NCBI GenBank assembly: GCA_965655095.1
Contig: OZ296657.1
Location: 81,902,001-81,966,000, forward strand
Direction of reading: 5' to 3'
Source of the DNA: Haplodiscus bocki
Taxonomy: Eukaryota
Length of the DNA stretch: 64,000 nucleotides
A program made the translations under genes and the position numbers. A model generated the notes under the pieces. That model was not told where the DNA came from, did not search any database, and saw only the letters and a list, made by a program, of their open reading frames with translations. Shown here in pieces: positions 38,537 to 50,134 of this stretch (the first letter of the stretch is position 1; the number at the start of each line of letters is the position of its first letter).

Positions 38537-38842
38537 ATGCTCGATGAACTGGAGTTCGCCATCCATTTTCGATGGACATCTATGCATAATGCGCTCAAAT
38601 ATAATGTCATCTGCATCAAATACAATCCAGAAGGCAATCAGTTCATGACGCTCAACAACGGGAATTTTCTTACCTTCTTCGTGGGAGATGGAAATTGGTT
38701 CGAATTCACCTCTCTTGTACACTCATAAAACTTTACAACCCCTAATTTTTACGGCATTAGAGGAATTATCAACTTCCACAAACTCAAAATGGAGTTGAAA
38801 AAAGTCTTCAGAGAGCTCGAAGAATTTTCCCTGCTCAAGTAA
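38537..38842 (+). pseudogene. Small sense accessory ORF upstream of env (101 codons, one internal stop)
   Basis: MLDELEFAIHFRW...FEFTSLVHS*NFTTPNFYGIRG...LEEFSLLK* in a single frame. Confidence 0.4.
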
Positions 38843-39199
38843 AGCTTTATACAGGCTTATCTGGTTCATTCTGATTCAAGATTTTGCTTGTCCAAAATTT
38901 GAATCTCGTTTTTCAGCTTTCTTGCATATACCGGTTCTCTAGTCAATTTTTCCTAATGTTGAAATAGTAATTCTTCTGGCGAAAGTTTAACTATCAGTAA
39001 CTTTAACAATAGGTAACACTCAATATGAAACGTATCCGCCTCTTCATTCAAACACTAAACTTCCAACTAAATTGAATACAAATTAATAAACAATCCAGTT
39101 ACTGTCAAACTCAAAGTTCGGTACACAAAAACAATTCAATCCACTTTCAATTGTCTGTGGGTGTGCGAGTTTCTGCTTCACTATCGCTTCTACCATAGT

Positions 39200-41900
39200 C
39201 GACGAATTACCCTATACTAAAAGTAGGCGACCGCATAGTAACAATGGCATGCTATACACGCCATGTTCTTTCTTGACATGCTTGCAGGCCTAACATGAGC
39301 TCCGCAAAAATGCAGGTTATCAAATGGTTTTTCATTTCTGCCCTGCAACACTCGAATTGAATTTTAAATATTTATCGAAACGCAAAAATAACAAACAAAA
39401 CCAGTTCAACAGTAACCGCCGACTCTTCAAAAAAAGCCTTCGTGTTCAGGGCCAAATTCCGTGGGCCCGCTTTTGACTTTTCGAACGTTTGCGTCGGGAA
39501 TTTCTTCGAAAGATATGACCCTTTCAGTTTATGTGACCATCCGGTTTAAATGTCACAGTTTGTTGGCTCAACAATTTTTATCCGAGAATTTTGGTCAAAG
39601 TGCTGAACCATTGCTTTTTTGACAAACGTGCCAATCCCCAAACAATTTCGCGGACGTTGTTGATTCGTTCTTTTTTTTAGGTTCAATATTGAAGTATCTT
39701 TTGTCTTCAAAATAGCTAGAATTGAAATCTAAGAACATGATTCTGCTTGTCCTCTGTTTTATAATCTTCATCCCTGCTTGTGTTTGAAGTGATTGGGCTT
39801 CTGAAATCAAAGTGGCTACGAATCCCGGCGACCGAAGCGAAAATGGATTTTGTTCAATGAAGTCAGTGAAATCTTACTGACCCAAATTTTTGTTCGAGTT
39901 GACTTTGTTGTACCAGTTCCGACTTATAAATACTATGAAGCCGGATATGGAGAAAAAGATAGAACAATTTTCACTTATGTATGAAACTCCTTCTCTTTTT
40001 TGTCTTCTAAACGTTTCAAGCCAATTTGCTACGAACACTTCTGGATTTAATGTTAATTGGATGTTACAACAGATTGATCATGAAATTTCAGCAGCGCAAC
40101 TATGTCTGGCGCTAATTTGGAACAAAACCACTATGTTTCTATCACCGCTAAGCCTCCTAAGTCTACTCACCAGCGCCGCGGCTCTAGTTTGGGCCTCGCG
40201 GCACTTGCTGGCGTTGTAATTGTCGGTGGGGGACTTGCTATCACTAGTTCGGACTGATGTGGCTTACCGGGAATTTTTGAGAAATTTTTCAAGATCAATC
40301 CAAGGCAAACGCAGGAAATGTACGCCGCCATGCTGATTTCAAAAAATTTCTTTCTTACTATATTTTGGAAAACATATTTAACGTTGATGAAAAGTTTTTC
40401 CTTGTTCAAATTGAACTGGCTGCCCTCAATGGAAAACAATTTGAATTGGCTCCAACTCAAGATAAGAACTGGGTCATCATTCAGAGGCAATTGGCTATTT
40501 GCGAACAAAACTTTCCTTTTTTACGAGACTGTGATCAACTCTCATTCGCTAACCAGCAATTTAACGTCAATTGTGATACCTTTTCATCTTTACTTTCAAT
40601 GATTCATGCCAGCATGAAAAATTATTGTTCTGCTTTGTTCGATTTCCAATTGAAATTAGTAAGTTCTATTCCAGTTTTGCTCAAAAGACATTTGCCGATA
40701 ACGCTCATTCCTAAAGAGTAGCTGCCACCGATCATGGATAGTGTCTGCCTTCGGCAGTCGAAGGCCGAAGAGTGCCTATCTTTCGCTATACCGGCGAGTG
40801 CTTTGTTGTCTTAATTTGGTTCTCGTTTGCTTGCTGACGCTATCACGGTGTCAGAAGGACTCTTATTGTTTCTTAACACACTGCTGGTTTCACAGCAAAC
40901 TGTCTCTACACTTTTTGAAGCAAAACCTATTCCCATGTTTTTTTCCGGACGACCCTCAGACGGCTCTTACATGTAACATCGAGGGTCCATGTTTAACTCT
41001 TTCTGAAAACAAACTTGAATTGTCCGTCGTATCTGAGGAACAATTTGAGCACTGCCTCGGTTCCTTGAAGTACCGAATTTGCTCCGAAGCCTTGCCAACG
41101 GAGATGGGACATTCTTTTTGTGTCGCTGCGTTGTTTTTTTAAAATCCTTTTGTTGCTCTAGCTGTTGGTGAAACTATTGCTCTCACTTTACCTAGTATTC
41201 AACGAGCCACGAAGATACTTTTTGGTATCTGGCATATTACATCTGCCAATGCTGATTTCACTTTCTGCAAATCATCATCATTAGCAACATCATCATCTTC
41301 AAGATCATTTGTTAGTTGTAACGTTTGCATCACCACCCGTGCCTGTGGCATGCAAATCCACACGGGGCATATCATTATAGGATCAGGTCTTGCATCTTCT
41401 TCTATTTTTCCGGCATTCAAGGTGCGATTATTTTTGTCGATTCAGCTTGAATCATTGATCATGCAAGTCCCCGTTAGACGTTCTACCCTTATATACCTCG
41501 AAAGCCGAACTAGGAATGACACTTCTGAAAGCAGTAGGAAAGAAGCTGATAAGTAGTTCAAGAATCCGCCAAGTCAATCAATTGATGAAAATAGCCTGTC
41601 CGTTCGCACAGGACATGAAACTTTTGAAACCCTCACTGACCCGGAAGTTTAATCAGTACGTACCCTTCTAGGTGTCTTTTGCCTTGACGGTTGTTTTTTT
41701 CCTCGTCTCAACAGTGCTAAACCTTGTATTCATATGTTTTTGTCACAGATTTAACCTTAGGGATCGTTTTTTTTTCCGAAATTTTTGGCGGAAAATAGCA
41801 CTACAAAACCGGTGCTCAAAGTTCCGAAATAATGCTCAAAAAACTTCCGACCAAACTCTCTAACCGTTATCATTCGCTTGGTCCTGATGCAATTGCAATA
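39200..41900 (+). pseudogene. env: Env-like fusion glycoprotein of element 2, heavily disrupted
   Basis: HQRR (40168-40179) followed by GSSLGLAALAGVVIVGGGLA; LPITLIP; EQFEHCLGSLKYRIC parallels element 1 ELSTHCWGSHRLRLC; TM SFALTVVFFLVSTVLNLVFI near 41675. Ends approximate. Confidence 0.8.
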
Positions 41901-42463
41901 TCACCGAAACTCCCGACCGTTCCTCATGAAAACTTCAACTCCGACCCCAACCTCCAAGCAGCCACTTCAATTTCGCCTGCTGCTCTAATACCCACCTATT
42001 AAAAAGGAACGTGCAGCGCTGTGACCGCTATCGCGCCTCAACAGGAAGGGCACGTTGCCACTTTTGAGAATAAAAGAAACCCCTGCTTGATACCACTGCA
42101 AGGTTGACTTGACGTCTCAAGTTAATCATTAAGTGAAATCAATAAAACCAGAACCTTCTACAATCTTTCTGCTGTAACATGTAAAATACAAATGTGAATT
42201 TCCGGCTGAAAACACCACAAGACGAGAAGCAACAACTTTCTGGAACTGGCACAATAACTGTCTCACAAGACGATCACGTGACAATCACACATACAACTTT
42301 TGGACAATTGGTAAACTTGTGCTGGTTCCTACAACTCTATCTCTTTACCTGGGAACTCTTGGGTTCATTCTGTCTTCCTACCAACTCAACTCGGACGTTT
42401 CAGCTGTTTGCAGTCACGAATTTCACTGGATATCTCCAACCGGATGATGATCTTCCACAGACC

Positions 42464-42485
42464 GGAAGAGTTTGAAGGGAAGCAG
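42464..42485 (+). promoter_or_regulatory. Polypurine tract of element 2
   Basis: GGAAGAGTTTGAAGGGAAGCAG immediately before the TG of the 3' LTR. Confidence 0.7.
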
Positions 42486-42806
42486 TGTCATGTGCTGAAA
42501 CATTGCCTTAGTTGAGGACAGATGAACTTGAAACTTGGAGTCAGAATTCCTTGATTTTTTATTGAACTTCAAACAATTTTAACATTTCAAACTATCTTGT
42601 TCATTCACAATGTTTATTTAATTTTGATGAGAGCTGATCTCAAAATCAACAGCTCATAAGAGTAATGAGTGAAATATTGAAAAAGGTCTAAACTATTCAA
42701 AAAGGATTGTGATCCATGCCTCCAAGAATCTTGTCCGCTCGCCAATCAACTGGTGTCTCCATTAGTGTAAAACATTGATCAAGACCTGAAAGAGAGGTAT
42801 AAAACT
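42486..42806 (+). repeat. 3' LTR of element 2 (321 bp)
   Basis: Homologous to 27857-28183; followed by TSD GCAAT. Confidence 0.93.
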
Positions 42807-43721
42807 GCAATTTTCACTAAGCTAGAGGACGTCGGACTTTCGGTTGTGATGATAGTTGTCAAACCTTTGGCTCATTTTTTTTTTGTGAATACACGTTATG
42901 TGATTGAGAAATCTATTCAGAGAAGTAAGTTCATCTCAACAATTTGGCTAAACTCCAAGTTTTAATCGTTTGATGAAAATGTTGAACCAACATATTGTGA
43001 CGTTCTTCTGATGACGTTCAGTTGGTTCGCAATATCGTGCCCCAGTTTCGTTTTCGAGATTCTCTCCTCAACAGCAACTCAAGATTGAAAGCAGGGGTAA
43101 TTTAATTGAAATTAAACTGAATCCTTTCGGTGTAAAAGATTGGTATTTTAACAATGAAAGTCATGAAATAAGGAGTGCATTATTCAAGCAAGCTTTTTGA
43201 ACAAATTTGAAGAATCAGGCGGCAAATCACCAACATATACACGTCAGCAAAATGATTTTCAGTATGTTCAGATGAATGACATGTTACTCGACTTTTCGAG
43301 AATTTATGTTTCAGCCAGAGCTCTCAGCAATACAAACGGGAAACTGATTTTATCCACAGGAAAGAGCGGAAATTCTGATACGATTTGTTTCCACAGGCCA
43401 ACACTCAAGTAGTGAGAATTTCTGCGAAAGTGGCATGAAATTAAGATAACCAAAACCTAGCTCCTAATTAGAAATTGAAAAACAAAAAGAGAACACGCCC
43501 GATGAACTCTACTACCTAGCGATATTGAACTCGCTATCGAAAATTTTTCTGTATTATAAGTTTTCTAAATCCCATTACCGCAAGGCAATACTCTTAGTTT
43601 ATTTTTTGTGATATACCTGTACAGTCGTTCTCTAAGCAGCATTTTTTCAGTTCAGTAGATGAAGATTTGCTGCACAGTTGTAATTCTTTGAAAAATCAAC
43701 GAAGTCGCTCTTTTTTGTACA

Positions 43722-44897
43722 ATGAAACGCATTTCATCGACAAAAAGTCTAGTATCCAGTGCAAAAGCAAGTAAGTTTGAGTTGAATGGTGATCACAATG
43801 ACAATGAACTTTGCAAGACGTCATTTGGGAATGACAAGACGTCATTTGGGAATGACAAGACGTCATTTGGAAATGACAAGACGTCATTTGAGAATGACAA
43901 GACGTCATTTGGGAATGACAAGACGTCATTTGGGAATGAAATACATTTAGCGCTATCGAAACCGGCACTTTTCAGCAATGAAGAGGCAGCGGTAGCTTGG
44001 CGTGACTCAATTGAAGTTTTCAAACCAATCACGTATGCAGAAGCATTATCAGGTAACTGTTCCAGGCCTGTTAGAGTTTATGCTGATGGTGTGTTTGATG
44101 TTTTTCACGCCGGTCATGCTAGACTCTTGAGGCAGGCAAAAACTGTCTTCCCAAATGCGTATCTGATTGTCGGTGTATCCCCAGACCATGAAGTACATGG
44201 ATTCAAAGGCCAAACAGTAAACACAGAATGGGAACGGTACGAAGCTGTTATGCATTGTCGGTACGTGGATGAAGTGCTCAGAGGTTGTCCATGGGTTCTG
44301 ACTCTGGATTTTTTGGATGGAATGAAGATTGATTTCGTTGCCCATGATGATATTCCTTATGGAAGTGGAGGCGGAGGACAGGCCGATATTTACAAAGAAG
44401 TGAAAGACGCCGGTCGTTTTGTTGCAACGCAACGTACTGAGGGCATTTCCACATCAGATTTGATTTCAAGAGTTGTCAAAGATTATGATCATTACGTACG
44501 ACGCAATTTATCGCGTGGATATTCTCGGAAAGATTTGAACGTTGGTTATCTGAAGGAACAAGAAATCAAAATGAAAGCAAGGTTCCAGAGGGCTAATGCT
44601 CGACGGAGGGCTTTGGTTAATTCAGTTGAAAGTCGCAGCCAGGAAATGTTGAGGAGATGGGAAGACAATGCGAAAGATATGGTGAGCTCTTTTCTTGATG
44701 GCTTTCATTCTGTTCAAGCTGCCAGAAACATTTGGAACAGATCAAGAGGAGTGTTCATATCACGCATGATCAAATCGCCAGAAGCTTCCAGTGACGAAGA
44801 GGCAAGCGATGAGTCTGAAAATGTGCAGTCATCCAGTGTAAATGGAACACGCTGCGTTGCGAAACGAGTAAACACTAAAGATGTGAAATATTGTTGA
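43722..44897 (+). CDS. PCYT1: Choline-phosphate cytidylyltransferase (CCT), intact single ORF, 391 aa
   Basis: [19 protein letters not shown] (HxGH), [40 protein letters not shown], an amphipathic membrane-binding segment and an acidic Ser-rich tail. One catalytic domain, so not PCYT2. Confidence 0.96.
   Translation: MKRISSTKSLVSSAKASKFELNGDHNDNELCKTSFGNDKTSFGNDKTSFGNDKTSFENDKTSFGNDKTSFGNEIHLALSKPALFSNEEAAVAWRDSIEVFKPITYAEALSGNCSRPVRVYADGVFDVFHAGHARLLRQAKTVFPNAYLIVGVSPDHEVHGFKGQTVNTEWERYEAVMHCRYVDEVLRGCPWVLTLDFLDGMKIDFVAHDDIPYGSGGGGQADIYKEVKDAGRFVATQRTEGISTSDLISRVVKDYDHYVRRNLSRGYSRKDLNVGYLKEQEIKMKARFQRANARRRALVNSVESRSQEMLRRWEDNAKDMVSSFLDGFHSVQAARNIWNRSRGVFISRMIKSPEASSDEEASDESENVQSSSVNGTRCVAKRVNTKDVKYC
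43815..43940 (+). repeat. Coding minisatellite, 6 x 21 bp, encoding KTSFGND
   Basis: AAGACGTCATTTGGGAATGAC repeated six times in frame with a few single-base variants. Confidence 0.98.
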
Positions 44898-46129
44898 ATG
44901 TACACATGCAGTTCTACATATGATTGGCAGGCAATACAATACCATCGTTGAGCGTGTATCCTGTTTTCGCTGGGCACTTGTAGTTAACCTCGATTTGTTG
45001 TGTGATTCGAATGTGGTTCATGGCGTGATCGATAAATTTCCAATCATTAGTTAATCCAAAATTAAATGGCTTTTCGTCAATGATATGCGGCGAACATCAT
45101 GTTCACTTTTCCCTGAAATTTGTATTAGTGAAACTGGATCACAAATTCAAGAAAATTCGATTTCTGAAATTTTGAAAACCGTTGCATCGTGGAGGTATTT
45201 GGGTAACATTCTTTGTACTGTCTTCCATCTTGCCGATTATGGCCAAGTTGTTGCCAATGTGAACTTGATTTCTTTGAAGTCTCCCAAAAAACAACCTTCC
45301 TCGTAGTGGACAGCGTTCCAAAATTTTGAAACAATGCTCAGTTTTGTTTGGCAGTCTCAATTGAAACTTGTTTTTGGCAGCTGATTTCTCATTTACCGAC
45401 ATATGCGGCAGGCTTGTTTCATAATTTTGAATCGGTCTGTGTATATTGTTAATAATTAACTGGTTTCTTCCGTTAACTGGGCTGAGAAGAAGGTGTTAAG
45501 GTGTTCACTTCGCTCTTGGTGATTGTCAATCATAATATGTATTATTTCTCACGATGATCGAAACTGTAGGGTTTGGACACAACTAGAAGTTGCTACAAAC
45601 TCAGCGCTTCGACTTTGAATATACCAAATACTGTATGGTTGATATTAGCCATATACTTTAATTAGTTTAGTTAATTTCAAATATATAGTTTTAAACATTT
45701 TACCTTTTCACTCTTTTGGTGCTAAATTTGTTAAGTGAAGCTCCTGGAAAAAAATGAAGTGTACGAACAAATTTTTAAATTCTTTGTTTTATCGCGAAAT
45801 TGAGTAAATTCTCCAAATTGATATGTGCCTGTTGACAACTAAAGACAAATCAAGAAAACTTTTACAGGTGAAAACTCCTGTAGGATATTTTAATTTCAGT
45901 CGGCGTTCCACTTTAGTAAAGAAGCCGACTATTACAGTGGCTTTTCAATTTTTTTCCGTGAGACAGCAGACTCACGCTGAATCGATCCAATTTCTTGACT
46001 TTTTGGCATTTATGTATCAATGCATCTATTGATTCTCCTTGGCAATGTGAATTGTAGCAAAGTCCGAAAAAGCCTTTGATACCTGGTTATTTTGTACCCT
46101 GATTCTTGGGGAAGAAAAAACTTTAACAA

Positions 46130-47900
46130 ATTGGAACTCTTATAGATCTTCCCTAGGACTGCAAAAAACCTGCAATTTCTTCAGTTATTTATAACAAGGA
46201 GACCCCATTACATCAGATGCTAAATGCTCGTTGAGGATAAAACAGTTAGATTCAGTCGGTGCGTTACTTATTACTAAAAAGCCCAACTATATGATTAATT
46301 TTTAAAGACAAAAAGACCTTACTCTGTAAACGACGTTTTTCTAACCTATCCTCTTTTGCCTATTTGTACCCACTCTACCCACAGAATTAATACAATACAA
46401 TACATATTTTCATCAGTAGATCGTTCCCTAGATCTTTCAAGTGAGCGTATATCAATTTTGAAAAATTTTCCTCTCCGTGACTGCCAAAGCTTTGACGAAA
46501 AATTCGGAGGAACTACTTCGAAATACTCGTCAGATGGAAAATCCAATAACTCTAAAAGGAGAAGACCATAAGTTTGTGGATACTCCCATCATTATTTTTT
46601 GTATAAGCAACTTTTCCCAATGTTTTCAAACATCAAAACTCCGTTGTATAAGTATTATAAGCCTTGCGAGTGGCCATTCTTTTCTTATTATTCTCTACTT
46701 GGAATTTTGGCGTGTGCAGATAGTCTAGTGATTTCGAGTAAACGGTCAAATCGACCTTTTGAGACATTTGTCAGGTAATTGTCTTTGTTCGCGTTGTTTA
46801 ATTCAGAACACTGTTTAAACATTTTGAATATAGGTCTGCAAAATGAACACCGTAGTCATCACTTTTTTCAATTAGACTTTGTGATAGGTACTCTTTCGAT
46901 TTTAAGTTGAAGAATTGTGCCCGTTCCTCAAAAATTTTTCTGTGAAACGGTATAGGCTAAAAAGACGTCATAGGCAGAGCAAATGCTTGATTGAGACGCT
47001 GTTGTAGCAAATACTTGTCTCGATTCGAATTATCGAGCAGACGTCTGATTGACGGTTTGTTTAGTGTTTTGACACTTGCGTGAGCAAGTGTTAAGATAGT
47101 CTCAAACTTTTCTTCGATCCTTTCACAACAGATACAAGATCAGAGATTTGACCATCGAACGTAGTGACCTTGGCTCGAACCTGGAACGTTGGAGCCGCAG
47201 TCGCTTACTCTACCGTACTGCGTCACTGTCGTTTAAGAATCAGTGTTTTTATACAAAGTATGAAGCGAACGAATTGTTACAGGGTTTCTTTTTTGTAAAT
47301 AAATACTTGTTTGTAGCCGTTCGTGCTTATGACATTTTTATAGAAGTTCCGAAGAATTAACTCAGGCAAAAAGTTCTGTTCAGTTCTTTAATCAGTAATT
47401 TTTGTAGTTCCGGGAGCCCTGTGAAAAAGTTATACTTGTTCGATTTGATCACTAGTTTTCCGTTTGTGCAAGTGTTGCGAGCTCAGCTTCGCCTCAATTA
47501 AAATGTCAGTGCTCCTCAGATCAAAGTTTTTTTTTGCTTAATTCTACGAGCTTAATGCTTAGCATTGTTGATGTCCATATTTTCATCGTGATCGAAATTT
47601 GCGTTTTTTGAAGTCATCAGAGAATCTAGCGTAATTGGATAAAAATTAGTATTGATAGATTTTGCATGTATTGGTATGATTTTGCATTCGAAAATTGTTG
47701 TTTATAAACTTTGGCATGGAAAAATGAACACCAGCGTCCTAAAATACTGAAAGTGGCTTCGTGAAAAGAGTACTTCGTCTGTGTGCTTGTTGATGTTGGT
47801 GATAATGCATTCATGATTAACGCTTTGTGCCATAAAGGACGTAAACGTCTGAATCCCTCCGGCTTCGAATTTAGACAATGAAGTGGAAAACTTATCACAT
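46130..47900 (+). repeat. Older diverged copy of the repeat family that forms the 2.14-kb array
   Basis: 46130-47625 aligns to the distal ~1.5 kb of each unit (ORF 46477 vs 51100; 47148 vs 53946); 47580-47900 also matches 59510-59830. Confidence 0.88.
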
Positions 47901-50134
47901 CTTTACGAACTCCAAGAGAAATTCATGCTGAATATTTCAAGTTATGGTTAGGAACGGCAGCATCAGTTTCCTGTTAGTCTTCCTTCTTCGAAAATAGTCG
48001 AAGGTTTTCTCCCCATTCTTCTTTTCGTGATCTGACTGAGGGATCCTAAGCGTCTTAAATGGCCATTTTTCATCAATATTTTTGCGTAATATGGAAGACT
48101 GGAGTCTTCATTTTTTTCGAGAACGGTTTTTTTGCGAAATCCTCTTGGGGCAAAAGTTATTACACTTCTTGTGAGTTATTTTCAACGATGTCTGATGTCA
48201 ACTAAGTAGGTGGAAAATCATGTGCCTCTATTCGGCCATATTTGGATCATTTGTTCAAATGTCAAACTCAACCGTTGAAGGTGATTGAAAACTGTTAGCA
48301 ATAAAAACGTATGATTCTTCGCAGCAACTTTTGCAGTGGCTTTTTTAATGGTACCAACGATCGACGATTTCGCCCTAAAATGCGGCTCAGCTTTTACAAA
48401 ACCTTTCCGGTTCCTTAAAACTTTCTCAATTTTCGCCATTTTCCAGCAATTGATTTTCAGGAGAAATTTTGTATTCAATTTTCTGGTTCCATTGTCTAAT
48501 TTAAGGTGGAGAGATTTATCTCTCTGTAGACCTTTAGATTAGCATTACCGAACGTGTTCTAGTTTTCTTGATGCCTATGTTTTTCATTTTGGTCGGAAAG
48601 TTGACCCCTCAGTCGAGACAAGCGGAAACAGCTCTCCCCTTTCTATTTCATTCCCCTAAACTGAAAAAAAATTCATAATTATATCAGTAGTTTTCAAAGG
48701 GTTGGTGCAAACTTCTGAAACTGGAATGACAATTTGGGGTGGACATTCGCTTCCCCAGTGCGATATCTCGCTATGCTTACTAATTCATTGAGTATTCCAG
48801 CTCTTATCTAGTAATGAAAGGCAGTTGCAGCTGGCTTAAGCTTTGAAAGTCGTTTTTCTTTTCTACAAGCTGTGTGTCAAGGTTAAATACTTTGTATCTA
48901 CATGCTTTGCATTAGAAGTTTTGTTTTTCTGAGATGTCCAGAAATTTTAGTGCCATTTATTATGTATTTGTCACGTGCCATTCTAGTATTGCTATTGTGA
49001 ATGCAAAGAACTGTTCGATGGTTAAAAGCCACATACAGGTCAAACTAGTGTTCGCTTAGGCACTTTGTATGAAATGGTGAAACTATAAATATTTGCGCTT
49101 CGAATGTTAAATGTCGATACAACGTAATTTCTATTAATGGAACCAATTGTTCATAGCATATGCTTACTCTTGTTGGACGCAAACCAAATATGCGTTATCT
49201 CTAAACAATTAATATAAACTGTTGGTGTTATTGATGGTAATATTTAGTGCTGCTTAAGTAACTTTACTCTTTGAACCGAATTGGCCGAAGTTTGTTTGAG
49301 TGTTGAAGCTGACCTCATTCTGTATTATGTTCACATCAGGGTTGGTGTGGGAAACTAACCGGAGACAAATTTGAGTCACTGAGTAAGTGAAGTTGAGGCG
49401 TCTGTCCATCTTGTGAGGTGAGAGAATCAACTTTTTTTTCATATTTATTTACAGCATTATCAAGTTGTAAGGTTTCAAGAACCTTAATACCTACGTATAC
49501 ACTTCCAGGGGTCCAGTTACTTATTCTCTGCTGCTTATTTTACTGAATGATTGAGAAGTGCGAATATGTCAGCAATGATAGCAAGTCATAAAGATCAAGC
49601 CTGATTGAACCTCTTAGACTGGATTTTCGCGAAGCAGATGTGCTATCACAGTAAAATTGTTGCAAGAAATCGAATGGTGTAAAAAGACTTGAAATTTTAA
49701 GCGTTTATGAGCAATTTTCTTTTATAGAGAGCATGACTTCCTATTCGAAGTAATGATTGTACAAAAGACTTCTAAACAAATTGTTGACATGAAATAGTGT
49801 TCTATATAAATTTCGTAATAGTTGCAAAGTTGTTGACATCATAACCGTGTGGGCGAGGGAATCAGTAACATAACATGGTCCGGTGGTTTCCCCGATCTGA
49901 TTCTTAACCCGGTCTCACTTGCGCAAATAATCAAGTGTCTCCTCCCGCATCAATTTAATATCGAAAGCTGAATATAATATGGGACTACGTCGACCTTTTT
50001 TGCAGACCACTAAATTTATGTCCTTTTTACAGACTAAGGTTTGACAAATTTTGGAGACGAAAATAACAGATTTGCCCACTGCACTGAACTGACGTGTATT
50101 GATGTTTTCTTGTATCTTGTTTCCCTGTATTATA

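Larger units (their letters stand above)
27857..42806 (+). mobile_element. Ty3/Gypsy LTR retroelement 2, full-length old provirus (~14.95 kb) with gag, pol, macrodomain, accessory region and env
   Basis: Two LTRs, TSD GCAAT (27852-27856 and 42807-42811), PBS, PPT, and ordered gag/PR/RT/RH/IN/env remnants. Confidence 0.95.

Noticed and set aside
43815-43940. Palindromic 21-bp repeats as a CRISPR array
   Set aside because: No spacers, in frame within a eukaryotic gene, no cas genes.
46660-46700. SGHSFLII as a decayed adenain-type CGxYC protease motif
   Set aside because: Needs several substitutions and a frameshift, and the younger units read differently.
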